This document shows, piece by piece, positions 52,605-64,000 of a stretch of DNA of 64,000 bases (position 1 is its first letter; each line of letters begins with the position of its first letter). A model generated the notes under the pieces. That model searched no databases. It saw nothing but the letters and a program-made list of their open reading frames with translations, and had not been told where the DNA came from. Origin of the DNA: Octopus vulgaris (taxonomy: Eukaryota); assembly GCA_951406725.2 (NCBI GenBank), contig OX597822.1:28830001-28894000 (forward strand), given 5' to 3'. A program made the position numbers and the translations under genes.

Positions 52605-54035
52605 TTGGAATTTCTCCAGGAATACTCTAAACATCAGACATTCTATCACAGTACACAACCTATTGTAATACTAGATTCTATAAACTACTCCGTAAAAGTC
52701 TCAGACACCACTTACTGCATTGTATTTCAGAATTCTTTACGTTTATGATAATGATATAAACGTTAAGAATTATAATAAAATGCAGATTGTGATGACATTT
52801 CTGATATCCTTCAACGAGCTTTCGCATTAGAAACTGAAGCAGCATTCCTCTCACTACACAATTTCACCAATCTCAGATTGTCACCCTCTCCACCAAGCTT
52901 TTTTAGGATGTATCTATTGTCAACGATTTTTAAATCGACTTCAGTACTTTGATCTTCTCTTAGGGGTTAATAACATTTCTACAATTAGATAATGCTGAAT
53001 ATCTATAATTTTTCAAATACTTTTCATGTTCTGGATAAATACATCTTCGACCACTTTTATCATAGATCTCGTTCAGAAAAATTCATCTATGTGGCTGACA
53101 CGTACATTCTCAAGCATTGGCTTGTTGTCATGAAACCATTCTTTTCACATCACATGTAATACTTATAGCAGAATCCAGTGAGACTAAATGTCGTCTGCAT
53201 CGCCAAGAATTTTTGTTATCTAGGAAACATGACAGAACGAGTAGTGAACTTGACGTACATAATGGAATGTCCAATATTCTCGTATGAGTCCTCAAGGTAA
53301 ATTTGAACTGAAATGAAATAAAAGACAGCTGAACTGCTGGAGTCAACTGCCTCGTTGTTGTCAAACTACAATGTTTGCAAGACAAATTTCGAACATGTGT
53401 ATTGACAAAATTTTTCTTGTTTGGAAAATGAGAATGAGAAAAGTAAAATAGCCGATGCGTGATGAATATCCAACTTTTCTGTAAACATTCTGCTTAAAAT
53501 AAATTTGACAGGAGGGAAGTAAAAAAAAAACAATAGGGTTTTACATCCTCTATTTAAGAAACTGGTTTCATTTGGGAACGAACTAACTTAGAATATCTTC
53601 TGTCTTGTATTGAACCATGATTTTTCAAACTATAACTAAACTAAACCTATTTCAAACGTTCCCATTGTGCATATGTTACGTTTAGATGCATGATAAATTA
53701 CGTGATGGGAATTTGTACAATTCATGACTGCTTCGATATCATGAGCAATCATATTCCATTCGTTAATTACTACTACTATTCTAAATAATTATATGTATTA
53801 TGTCTCAATATCATGCGGCTCACTTTCGCATGACTACTTACTTTTCTTTCCTTCCAACATCAAAGAACTTTGCACCTTACTTGACGTGTTATATCACACT
53901 ACTATTTCTAATTCTTCAGCGCCTACATTGAATGCTTAAATTTCATGGCAGACTGTATTATATAAATATTATATTTTATGGAATTATACTTCATGCAATT
54001 AGTTACGCTACATTATCATTATTAATGCGTATCCT

Positions 54036-54852
54036 TAGACGACGAGCTGGAAGAAGCGTTAGCACTCCGGGTAAAATGCTTAGCGGCATTTCGTCCGACT
54101 ATGCATTCTGAGTTCAAATTCCGCAGAGATCGACTTTGTCTTTTCATCCTTTCGGGGTTGATAAAATAAGTAGCAGCTGAGTACTGGGGTCGATATAATC
54201 GACTAATCCCCTCCTCTCAAATTTCTCCTACAAATATCAGGCCCTGTGCCTATAGTAGAAGGGATTATTAATGTGTATCCTAAGGCGACGAGTTGGAAGA
54301 ATCATTAGCACTCCGAGCAAAATGCTTAGCGGCATTTCGTCCGTTTATACGTTCTGAGTTCATATTCCGCCGAGGTCGACTTTGCCTTTCGTCTTTTTGG
54401 GGCTGATAAAATAAGTGACAGTTGAGCACTGAGGTTGATATAATCGACATACCCCCTCTCCCGAACTTGTTTGCCTTGTCCAAAAATTTGAAGTCAATAT
54501 TACATGTATTGTTAAATATGTCTGCTTTTATTATTAGAGTTGTTTTATATGTTCGGTCCCATTAACTGCAAGTTTTATTACATTACATGACGAGGTTGCT
54601 TACCTTTCATGTCATGCTCATTTGTAGTTTTATGCAGGGTGTCTCAATAAACTTTTCTACCATAGACACGGGACCTGAAATTTGGAGTTAAGTAGAGCTA
54701 GTTGATTACATCGAACCCAGCAGTTAACTGGTACTTATTTATAGACTCCGTAAGCATGAAAGACAAAGTCGACCTCAACGGAATTTGAACTCGAAAAAAA
54801 TGCTTCTAAACATTTTGTCCGGCGTACTAACGATTCTGCCAGATCACCTTAA
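54036..54852. mobile_element. Three tRNA-derived SINE copies (54036-54270 +, 54282-54500 +, 54650-54852 -)
   Basis: Same head and body as the family at 6355. Confidence 0.85.
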
Positions 54853-54914
54853 GGTGTTTCATAATAATGGGAACATTTTATACACAAATAACTGGGACTG
54901 GAACACGCAAATCT

Positions 54915-56130
54915 AGCAGGCTGAATCAAAGTTTTTTTGGGTTTTTTTTTAAATCTTTGATTAATGCTTCAAACAAATTGCATACAGAAAGCGTTTATTC
55001 ATCAAAATATATCCCATCATATTCTATCGTTATCGTTGTGCTAGAAGCTCAATTCCATGCTTATACCATTTGGCTGGTTTGGAGGCAAAAAAACTCCCCG
55101 CATACGTTTTCAACCTTACCTACATTGTAAAACATCCGACTGTGCAGGAAATGGGTCATAGTTCGGAGAAGGTGGTAATCAGATGGTGCAAGATGAGGCA
55201 GCACAAGTTTCTCAAGTTTGTGCTTAGACCCATTGGCAGTGTGTGCCGAGATATTGTCATGCTGTAGGGGTGAGCGTCTTCGATTGACTAATGCCAGTAG
55301 AAGGCATTCAAAGCTTCTTATACTCGCTGCAGTTGTTGAGCATAAAAATTAATGTTCACAGCATGACTATCTGAGACAAGCTCAAAATGCAACAACCCCT
55401 TCAAAGTCCACCAGACACATAACATGACCTTCTATTCAAACCACCTTTATTTGACAACAGGTTCTGAAGCCTGGCTTGAAGGCTGCCACGTATTTCTGTT
55501 ATTAAGATTGTGAAAATAGAACCATTTTTCGTCCCCAGATACAATTCGACGCAAAAAACGGACATTTAAAGGATTCTCCAACAGTTGTTTGCAAATGTTC
55601 TCACGTCGTTGAACTTGCTCATTGGTAAGTTCATGGGGAACTTCTCCACAACTTCTCGAGCTTATGGAGTTGTCAGTTGATTGTGCCTTACGAAGGATCA
55701 GGTTCTACCAACGATGTTCGAGCTTGTGCTTGTCTGTTGGTAAACCATTTCAAGCAAGGTCACATTTTCCATATCAGAAGACTCCCTGACTTGTGTTTGT
55801 CTTTGAGGCTAGTGTCACCTTCCTTGAAATTTTATTCCCACACGTTCTTTGACAGTTCATTAATTTCTGTTGAATCTACCCTTGCACTCAGTCCCTTTCT
55901 CCACAGACAGCGTAAAATGGCTCAAATTGCAATTTTTTCACCACTCATTATCAAAGGTGTAAAATAAAGAATAAACAATTACTGTTTATATGCTATATAT
56001 TAAAAACAAGAATAAACTATTCAGCAACGATTGGATAACAAGTTGTATCAAATTAATGATGTAACATGACGATATAAGTTGGCAAAAATCAAAAGAGAAA
56101 ATCAGAAAAAAACTTTTGACTCAATCTGGT
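54915..56130 (-). mobile_element. Old mariner element
   Basis: Minus strand has IVSGDEKWF (about 55530) and HDNISAH...LAPSDYHLLRTM (about 55160-55260); degenerate TIR-like ends. Confidence 0.75.
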
Positions 56131-56851
56131 AATATAAATAAATTATAAATATTACAAATAAAGTATGTTCCATCAGTATGAGATGCCCTGAATTACGTAA
56201 TTATTTGTATTGTATAACATTTCCTTACAGGTTTTCTTACATTTCACTATTGTTAATATTACACATCTTGTTATATTTAATAACGAATTATTCTGTTTTA
56301 TTAAATATCAGTGATATGCGTTATACAATTTGTTATATTTCATGAATTACCGTTATGAATTACTTGCTATGTTGTATTATACAGCTGCCTACAATAACTT
56401 TATAGCCACGGGAATAAAATGCAACATCATTTAACTTGTGAAAACCTCATGAAAAATTAACCAGAATTAATAAAATTTTATTTCAATAACTTATAAGCTT
56501 GGTAGAGAACACTCCTGCTTTCAAGCATCCATTTGATTAAGTTGTTAATGACAGACTTATCTGCACTTACCCACCCTTCAGTCAACACTATTTCTTTCAG
56601 TTCTGTCATTGATGTAATATTTGATGGTCTTGCTCACAACCTTCTATCGAAAGGTTTCTATATATGTTTTATTGGATTGAGATCAGAACTTGAACCACAT
56701 ATTTCAATGATTTGATTCCATCAATTCTTTACCGATTCTCGTATGATATAGGGCTCCGTCTTCTTGAAAGCGTAATCTCCTTACCAATTCCTACATTGGA
56801 ACACTAAGGTAATAAACCATTTTTAAGTATTTTACAGTCACCTCATTTTCT

Positions 56852-56887
<36 letters not shown>

Positions 56888-57757
56888 AATGTTAGAAAAT
56901 GGATAAAACATTTAATAAAAATTTATCTGCAAAAATCAAACATAGTCCCTTACACCTGTTTCAATTAAGCTTAATAGATTAAATAATAATTAATAAAATC
57001 ATTATATTAGGCAAAATCTCTTCAGTGGGATAGAAAAAAATATACCATTAAGTTTTTAATTGTTGTATTTTAGAATATGTTGCAGTTAGATTCTGTTGTA
57101 TTTTAGAATAATATTCGGCAGACTGAGTATTATTTTATGGCTAATATTGGTATATGCCCGGATTAGGAGGTTATAGGTTGTTTTAGTGGCTAATGGATAT
57201 GTGAATATAATTAGGGTAATAATGGGTAAAAGAATAGAGGTTGAATAGTAAATTACAGTGAAGACGAGTATCATATGAATAATGAGATAAAATAAATACT
57301 CAGGTAAGTTGTTTATAAATCTGAGGGAAACTTCTATAAAAATAACACATAAACATATATTAACACCGGTCAAACAGCATTCGTCATTTAATTCAGTGCA
57401 TATACATAGATAAATAGATAAGTAAATATAATAATATGATTGTATATCATTCATTATTTAGTTATTAATAATTTGTAAATATGGTTATTAATTAAATGTA
57501 GTTATGTGAATAATAATGGGATTTATGTATGTGTTACAAAGTTTGACTGTTCAAAATATTGTTTATAATAAAGTCTAATATGGTACATAGAGCAATAATG
57601 CTTATTCCAATACTTATTTATTTTTTAGAAAGCTGCCCATGGGGGTATATAATAGGTTAGTTGCTATGTGTGATTAATGCAAAGATACTAGGTATATTTT
57701 TAGTGAGGGAGTAATATGATAATATTAAAAATAATTAAATTAAATAGTATACAAGAA

Positions 57758-57765
<8 letters not shown>

Positions 57766-57851
<86 letters not shown>

Positions 57852-57871
57852 TAATAATAATAATAATAATG

Positions 57872-57902
<31 letters not shown>

Positions 57903-57914
57903 TAATAATAATGA
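57766..57914. repeat. (AAT)n microsatellite
   Basis: Directly visible. Confidence 0.95.
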
Positions 57915-57984
57915 TAGGGAGTATAACTCCAAACTTACAGGGAAAATTCAATTTAGTATTAAATCAAATTTCACAATATAAATA

Positions 57985-58215
57985 TATAATATATAAATTA
58001 GAGAAAATAACCACTATTATGCAATTCAAACAATGATAGACATAAACAAACCAAATCATAAATAAAAAATAAAGTATATTTTTATAAAACATATAACTAG
58101 ATCACAAAAAGTATACTTTTTGTGGTCTAGTTATGTTTTATAAAAATATTTTTTATTTATGAATTGGTTTATGTCTATCATTGTTTGAATTGCATAATAG
58201 TGGGTTTTTTCTCTA

Positions 58216-58230
<15 letters not shown>
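57985..58230. repeat. Long palindrome centred on AAAAAGTATACTTTTT (about 58114)
   Basis: ATAAATTAGAGAAAA..CCACTATTATGCAATTCAAACAATGATAGACATAAAC / GTTTATGTCTATCATTGTTTGAATTGCATAATAGTGG...TTTTCTCTAATTTAT. Confidence 0.88.
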
Positions 58231-58279
<49 letters not shown>

Positions 58280-58594
58280 GATGGAAAATTGAATATATAC
58301 AGATTATATATAAATATAATATGAATGCATATCATGTGTTAATTTGCAGTTAAAGATTTATCAGTATAGTTAATGAAATGGTTATGTGGAAAGTGAAAGA
58401 TACAAATATTATCAAGTGTAGCTATTCAATGCTGTAATAGTGGATAACTGATATAAAAGTTAGCAAATGTATATGGTAAGATATTGGTAGAAAAATATTT
58501 ATTGTGTGTACAATATGCTAAACAGTAGAATTAATTATTATAATATTATGTTAAGACTTGTGTGTAATAGGATTATAATAGAATTAGATATTAA

Positions 58595-59124
58595 TCATAA
58601 TTAAATCTCAGAATGAGATTGAAACAGTAATCGCTCGATAATGTAAAGTATAGAAGCCATCTTATTATGGCTAACCACATTGGGGAGGGGGTGTTACTGT
58701 TGCTTTATAGCCCCAAGAGATCGTCGTCTCTAGCTGGCTTTAGACACAATATCAGTGCCCTTGGAGTATTTGCAAAGGGAGGCCATCCCTTCCTCGGAAG
58801 CCTGAGTGATACGCTCGAACTAGTTTCGGGATTTTTGTCCCTTGTCAACGGGCGGTAACCACCAGGTCGCGATGAAAGTGAAGGCTGCTTTGCAAATATT
58901 TAATTTTTTCTAGTGGCGTCTGCCACTGATGTCGAAAAACTAACAGTAAGCATAATTAAATCTCAGAATGAGATTGAAACAGTAATCGCTCGATAATGTA
59001 AAGTATAGAAGCCATCTTATCATGGCTAACCACATTGGGGAGTGGGTGTTACTGTAGCTTTATAGCCCCAAGAGATCGTCGTCTCTAGCTGGCTTTAGAC
59101 ACAATATCAGTGCCCTTGGAGTAT
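58595..59124. repeat. About 175-bp direct repeat (58596-58769 and 58952-59123)
   Basis: CATAATTAAATCTCAGAATGAGATTGAAAC...GTGCCCTTGGAGTAT occurs twice, about 356 nt apart. Confidence 0.88.
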
Positions 59125-59870
59125 ATTAATGTTGGTAGTTTATTAGTTAGGTAAAAGTTAGGGGGTTGTTATTAATATTGGAGTAAGTGATTATAGGGGT
59201 ATGTACAAGCAATCTAATGGGAGAGATAAAAAAAATTGATTCTAGAGAGGGGGATGATAAAATGATTATATAATTAAATAATGAATTAAATAAATGAATG
59301 CTTAAATTTGAAAGATATTTATATTTCCAAGTGAATATATGGAACGCTTTTCTCATTTAAAAGAATATAATAGGGTATTCCTGGATGAAAGAATAAATAG
59401 TACTTTAGTTATATAAATATAAACTATTTTTAGTGTTGACTTTGTAAAACAGTGCAGAGATAATTGTATCACATTTAAGGTAAGTTACAATAATATTAGT
59501 GGAGCTAGGGGTTAGCGGGGGTGTACAAATATTATAGTGAGAAAGACAACAAATCTATATATTATTTGAATTTGGAAAATGCATATTGTCCCATGTGAAC
59601 ACAGGGTGTACTTTTCTCGTCTCCTAGGTTAAGTAGGGTATTCCTAGACAAAAGAATATGGAATGCCTCCCTTATACAAATAAGATATTTTTTATTATTG
59701 ACCTTGTAAGCTGATGCGGAAACTTTTATATTCCATTTAAGACCAACTTCAATATTGTTATCTTTTAATTGCCAAATAAATTCACTTAAACCAGTAGAAT
59801 TAGATTTCTATCTATTCCTAAAAGTGTGTAAGTGGTTCATGACGCGTTTCTCTATTGTATTTTCTTCCGA

Positions 59871-59903
<33 letters not shown>

Positions 59904-60479
59904 GTTAGGTGTTAAATAACCACCTAATGGATATTAAATATCCAAAGAATTTACCGGGTTTTTTTACCTATATAAATAACAATGTTATGAACTATCGCTC
60001 TTAACAAATAGGTAAATGAATAAGATAAACATACAGCTTGTCAATGTATAAATATAAATTAGAAATGCAAAGCAAAATAATAAAGTGAACAACTAAATAA
60101 TTTAATCATTAAATGATAAATTCAATTCAATTGTTTTATTTTATACAAACAAATGGCACATTTCATAAATTACAACTTTTTCGAGAATAAATACTGTTTA
60201 AATATAATGAGGCTTCATCAGATAGACATATCTTCTTGTTTTTGTTCTTGTTGTTTTTCAATTGCGATGAACAAACCGGTGTAATTTCAGGAACAAGGCA
60301 AATGAGTTGTTAAAGTTGAGCAAATAACATTAGAAAACTGTTGTTTGGTACCTGAAATTCATGACTAATACTAACATTCGAAACAAAATTAACTTTTCGT
60401 AAAATATTAATAAGAAATGGCACCATTTATATGTGAGGCAAGTATGTATAAAAAATATTTTACTCAAATTTCCAATAAA

Positions 60480-60970
60480 TCATTTTAATGTTATAAGCTG
60501 GAAAAATCGTTAAATTAGTGTTATAAACGTTTTGCAGTATTTCTTCCGACTCTTTATGTCCTGAGTTCAAATGTACACAAGGCCAGCTTTTCACTTCATT
60601 CGTCCGAGGCCGAGAAAATAAAATCCCAATCAAGTACTGGGGTCGATGTAATCCACCAATTACCTCCACTCAAAACTACTGGACTCGCGCCTAAATCAGA
60701 AGCACTATTAATTGGCCAAATATTACATTCACTTGCTTACACTCCTCCCTCCTCCCTCTTCTTCACTTGACTTCCATCAACCATGATGACAGACGTACAC
60801 CAATCCTGCAATAATCCTTTCCACTCTAGATGTAAGGCCTGAAATCTTGGGGAAGAAGGTAAGTCTTGGGGAAGAAGGTAACTTTTGGCACAAGCCCAGC
60901 AAGTTCGGGGAGGGCTTAAGTTGATTAGATCGACCCCCGTACGAAACTGGTACTTATTTTATCGACCCTG
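60480..60970. mobile_element. Two decayed SINE copies (+ then -)
   Basis: CTGAGTTCAAAT...AAGTACTGGGGTCGATGTAATC, and the reverse-orientation ATCGACCCC...CTGGTACTTATTTTATCGACCC. Confidence 0.7.
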
Positions 60971-61029
60971 AATTCTTTACATTAATATTACAGGCGGGTT
61001 GATCACTGTGATTCAGAGAAGTAGAAACA

Positions 61030-61410
61030 GTGGAAGCGCAATGGCCCAATGGTTAGGGCAGCGGACTCACGGTCGGAGGATCGCGGTTTCGATTCCCAGA
61101 CCGGGCGTTGTGTGTGTTTATTGAGCGAAAACACCTAAATCTCCACAAGGCTCCGGCAGGGGTGGTGGCGACCCCTGTTGTACTCTTTCGCTCCAACTTT
61201 CACTCTTTCTTCCTGTTTCTTGTCTCCGACCTCCTACGCAATCGCTGAGCCTGGATGCGCATTCATCCACCCGTCGATGCTCTCGGTGTCGGGAGTTGAC
61301 CTGCTTTCTCTTCTGCGGGTCTTACGAATAGAAAAGGACCACGTTTCTGACTTCTCTCATCTTGCGAGCTCTGGGACGAAGAACGTTCGCTCAACAGCAA
61401 CAGCAGCAGA
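61030..61410 (+). mobile_element. Well-preserved tRNA-derived SINE of a third family (possibly one of the described octopus OK/OR families)
   Basis: A-box TGGCCCAATGG and B-box GGTTTCGATTCC in a tRNA-like head, a GC-rich body of about 300 nt, and a (CAA/CAG)n tail. Confidence 0.75.
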
Positions 61411-61442
61411 AACAAATTTCTCAAACTCGTCATATTCAAAAT

Positions 61443-61532
<90 letters not shown>

Positions 61533-62382
61533 ATCGTCGATCGAATTAAGATTTGTATTTTCGAGTTCATGCTTTAAAAGATCAAACGCTTCAATAGCAA
61601 AGATGTCGATAGGCAAAAAGGATTTGTCAGAAAAATGAATGAGCTTTCTTAAAAACAATCAAAAATCCATTTTGCATGGTGTGCAAACAATTGTCGTGAA
61701 TGCTTTAAAAAAAAGGACATCGAAGATGATGTAAACAGCTGAATAATAGATGCAATCAATAATAATCCAATTAATTGCTGTCACTGATCTTTGATATCAC
61801 AAATGTAATTTAATCGTGTTTCTAGCGTGTTATTTCTGCGATCATAGACGAAGTTAATCTTAACGGTTTATTTACAATTTACTCATCCAGTCTGTGGCAG
61901 TGTCTTAATTGACAATTTCAGCAGTGTTCATCCATATTCATTCAATTTCTTAAATATGCCGGCTTTTTGATGAATCTTTGCTTTGTTTTCTCATATTATG
62001 AGTGATGGGGGTATGTTACCAAAAGTCAATTATCCGAGGGAGGTCGTTCACTGAATCTGTTGTGGAATCTCAATTCAGAATGGAATGTAATGGAAAACGG
62101 ATGAAACTTAAAGCATAAAATCTGAAAGCTAAAACTTTTTTTTAAAATCTCCTTGCCAATTAGAACGTTGTCACAGATTCAGCAAACAATAGCACTTCTT
62201 ATGTCAGGTAACTGGCTTCTTGTACACAATCTTCAGTCTTTTTTTATTTCTGAGGAGACCAAACAATCGTCTCATCGAACGCCAAACATAACAAGAGTCA
62301 ATTCGCATAACAGACCCCTTTTCAAGCTAAGAGCGCCGAGTAAATAATAAATATAAACCAAATGTATGTTAACAAATGCTGT

Positions 62383-64000
62383 TTATTGGATATTTTTTTC
62401 AGATGCTGATGGTGATGTACAGTAAAAAGTAGAAATGTTCGAGAAATTCCCAAACTGCAGGCATTTTTTAGCTATTATTCTTGTGGAAAGAAAAGAAAAA
62501 CAAACAAATAATCCCAAAAATGAATTACAGATACAGAAAAGGAGAGAAAATTCACTGATTTTTGTGAATGTATACAGGAATCCCAAGATCCATGTTAAAC
62601 CCATAACAAGACTGAGCTTGAAGAAAATTTGGAAGTGAATATTATGGTAACTTATTAAATATTTTGCAGAACGCTTCATTTCTAAACGGAGGCCTCTTGA
62701 AATAAAAATAAAAGCTAAAATATTAAGTATTAACAGTATTATCACTGGAATTCCAAACACCAATAATAAACACTTTCCATTTGTAATCCAGCATACACCC
62801 TTGCCATATGCTGGCGAAATTGCTTTGTTTTCTGGTATATACTCAAGTAGGAGTGACATAGTTACAATTATAAGTGGACTGATCCATGCATATATAGAAT
62901 ACGGTAAAAGTTTTTTATTACCCTGATTAGAAATATGAAATTGCATGAATCCTGAGAAAGTGCAGCAGGCATCAAACGATATGACATTCATCCAGAAGAA
63001 CGATGCTAAGAAAGAATAATGCATCAAAACAGCTGTTAAAATACATTGAATAGTATACGGAGGTACATATCTAGAAATAAGAAACAAAACCTCTGCCAAA
63101 AACAGCGATGACAGAAGACTGATTACGAATTTACCTGGTAAAGTACGTAGTTCAGGTATACAGAGATAAGTTACAATTGTTATTAGTAGAGCAGGAACAG
63201 AAATAGTAAGACCTATAAATGTAATATAACTCTCAGATGTAGCATATTTTGATATTGCACCGAAGTCCTTATCTATGCAGATACTTATGCCTTGAGTGTC
63301 CTGGCTGAATTCTGTTCTGTTCAGTAGTCGTTGAGTTTTATTCAAATAAAGCAGACCTTCATCATTGAGGTAATATTCATCATCATTTAGTCTCACTGCA
63401 ATACAATTCATGAGTGAATAGAAGAAAACTGAACGACACTGGTTTTGATAAACATCAAATAATAAATCACTGTTACAGAGAATTGTTTCATGCCTTCCTG
63501 CGCTTCTATTCGTGTCGCCACTCTCTTGAATAGCATTTATGTATTGTAATATATTACTGCTGTGGTCGAATATTATAGTCAATGGATAGGTTCTTTCAAC
63601 CGTTTTGCGACCTGAATTAAAATATGTAGTGTTTAAGGCACTGCATAAAGCACAGTGTCGGTACTTATTTGAAGATGCCAGTGACATAGAATTTGTTTCA
63701 CATAACTCCGATCTATTTTCATGTCGCTCTTTTATAGAACAATTCGAAATATCGTATAAGCATTCATGTAGATTATTAATAAATGTAATATCTGGGACAT
63801 CAAATGAATAAAAGGTACATGTACCATTTGAAAGATACCTTGAAAGTTGCTGATATGTAATATCATTCACATCGCATTCATAAATCGATTTGCCCAAGAT
63901 GTATTCTTGATCGTTGCACAAAGCACAGAATAAGTTCTTGTACAATCTTTTGTCTACTTTCCCGAAAGCTGGTACTTTCAAGATATAATCTTCATCAACA
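62383..64000 (-). CDS. Methuselah-like class B GPCR 5, 5' end beyond the window
   Basis: Frame stays open to the window edge (VDEDYILKVPAFGKVDKRLYKNLFCALC aligns with GPCR-1 QNIPAFGKTSKKLYRNLYCALC); full 7TM with HYSFLASFFWMNVISFD, CWIT and MGLTW. Convergent with GPCR-4. Confidence 0.9.
   Translation of the reverse strand, partial: VDEDYILKVPAFGKVDKRLYKNLFCALCNDQEYILGKSIYECDVNDITYQQLSRYLSNGTCTFYSFDVPDITFINNLHECLYDISNCSIKERHENRSELCETNSMSLASSNKYRHCALCSALNTTYFNSGRKTVERTYPLTIIFDHSSNILQYINAIQESGDTNRSAGRHETILCNSDLLFDVYQNQCRSVFFYSLMNCIAVRLNDDEYYLNDEGLLYLNKTQRLLNRTEFSQDTQGISICIDKDFGAISKYATSESYITFIGLTISVPALLITIVTYLCIPELRTLPGKFVISLLSSLFLAEVLFLISRYVPPYTIQCILTAVLMHYSFLASFFWMNVISFDACCTFSGFMQFHISNQGNKKLLPYSIYAWISPLIIVTMSLLLEYIPENKAISPAYGKGVCWITNGKCLLLVFGIPVIILLILNILAFIFISRGLRLEMKRSAKYLISYHNIHFQIFFKLSLVMGLTWILGFLYTFTKISEFSLLFCICNSFLGLFVCFSFLSTRIIAKKCLQFGNFSNISTFYCTSPSASEKNIQ

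Larger units (their letters stand above)
56885..59870 (-). mobile_element. Region of Penelope-like element remnants
   Basis: 59580-59870 (-) translates KRVMNHLHTFRN...NSTGLSEFIWQLK...LKWNI...ICIREAFHIL...LLN...PCVH (GIY-YIG), with a more decayed copy at about 59330-59490, AT-rich tails and a hammerhead-like motif at 56946-57030. The extent is approximate. Confidence 0.6.

Noticed and set aside
61030-61105. Possible tRNA gene
   Set aside because: The acceptor stem does not pair cleanly, there is no adjacent oligo-T terminator, and it continues into a SINE body and simple-repeat tail.

Overview
AT-rich, microsatellite- and transposon-dense animal genomic DNA; the SINE, Penelope and mariner repertoire suggests octopus (inference, not verified by search). 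Protein-coding content is a cluster of five secretin-class (class B, Methuselah-like) GPCRs, each with an intron-free ORF and a cysteine-rich ectodomain: 8660-10654 (+), 42189-44126 (+), 44716-46704 (+), 50607-52604 (+) and 62383->64000 (-, truncated by the window edge). A collapsed sixth copy lies at about 49250. The rest is decayed mobile DNA: mariner/Tc1, hAT, Helitron, Hero, R4/Dong, RTE, Tx1 and Penelope-like elements, plus tRNA-derived SINEs. Most notable: (1) the tandem receptors are near-identical except for one Cys-scaffolded hypervariable ectodomain patch and show gene-conversion-like mosaicism; (2) each + strand CDS is an acceptor-to-poly(A) cassette, and two copies appear to have lost their own leader exon, suggesting alternative terminal-exon receptor choice; (3) a head-to-tail composite Helitron dimer carries captured DNA; (4) a SINE shares its 3' tail with a Tx1 LINE; (5) long palindromes and hammerhead-ribozyme relics are associated with Penelope-like elements. 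Repeat boundaries are approximate unless termini are quoted.
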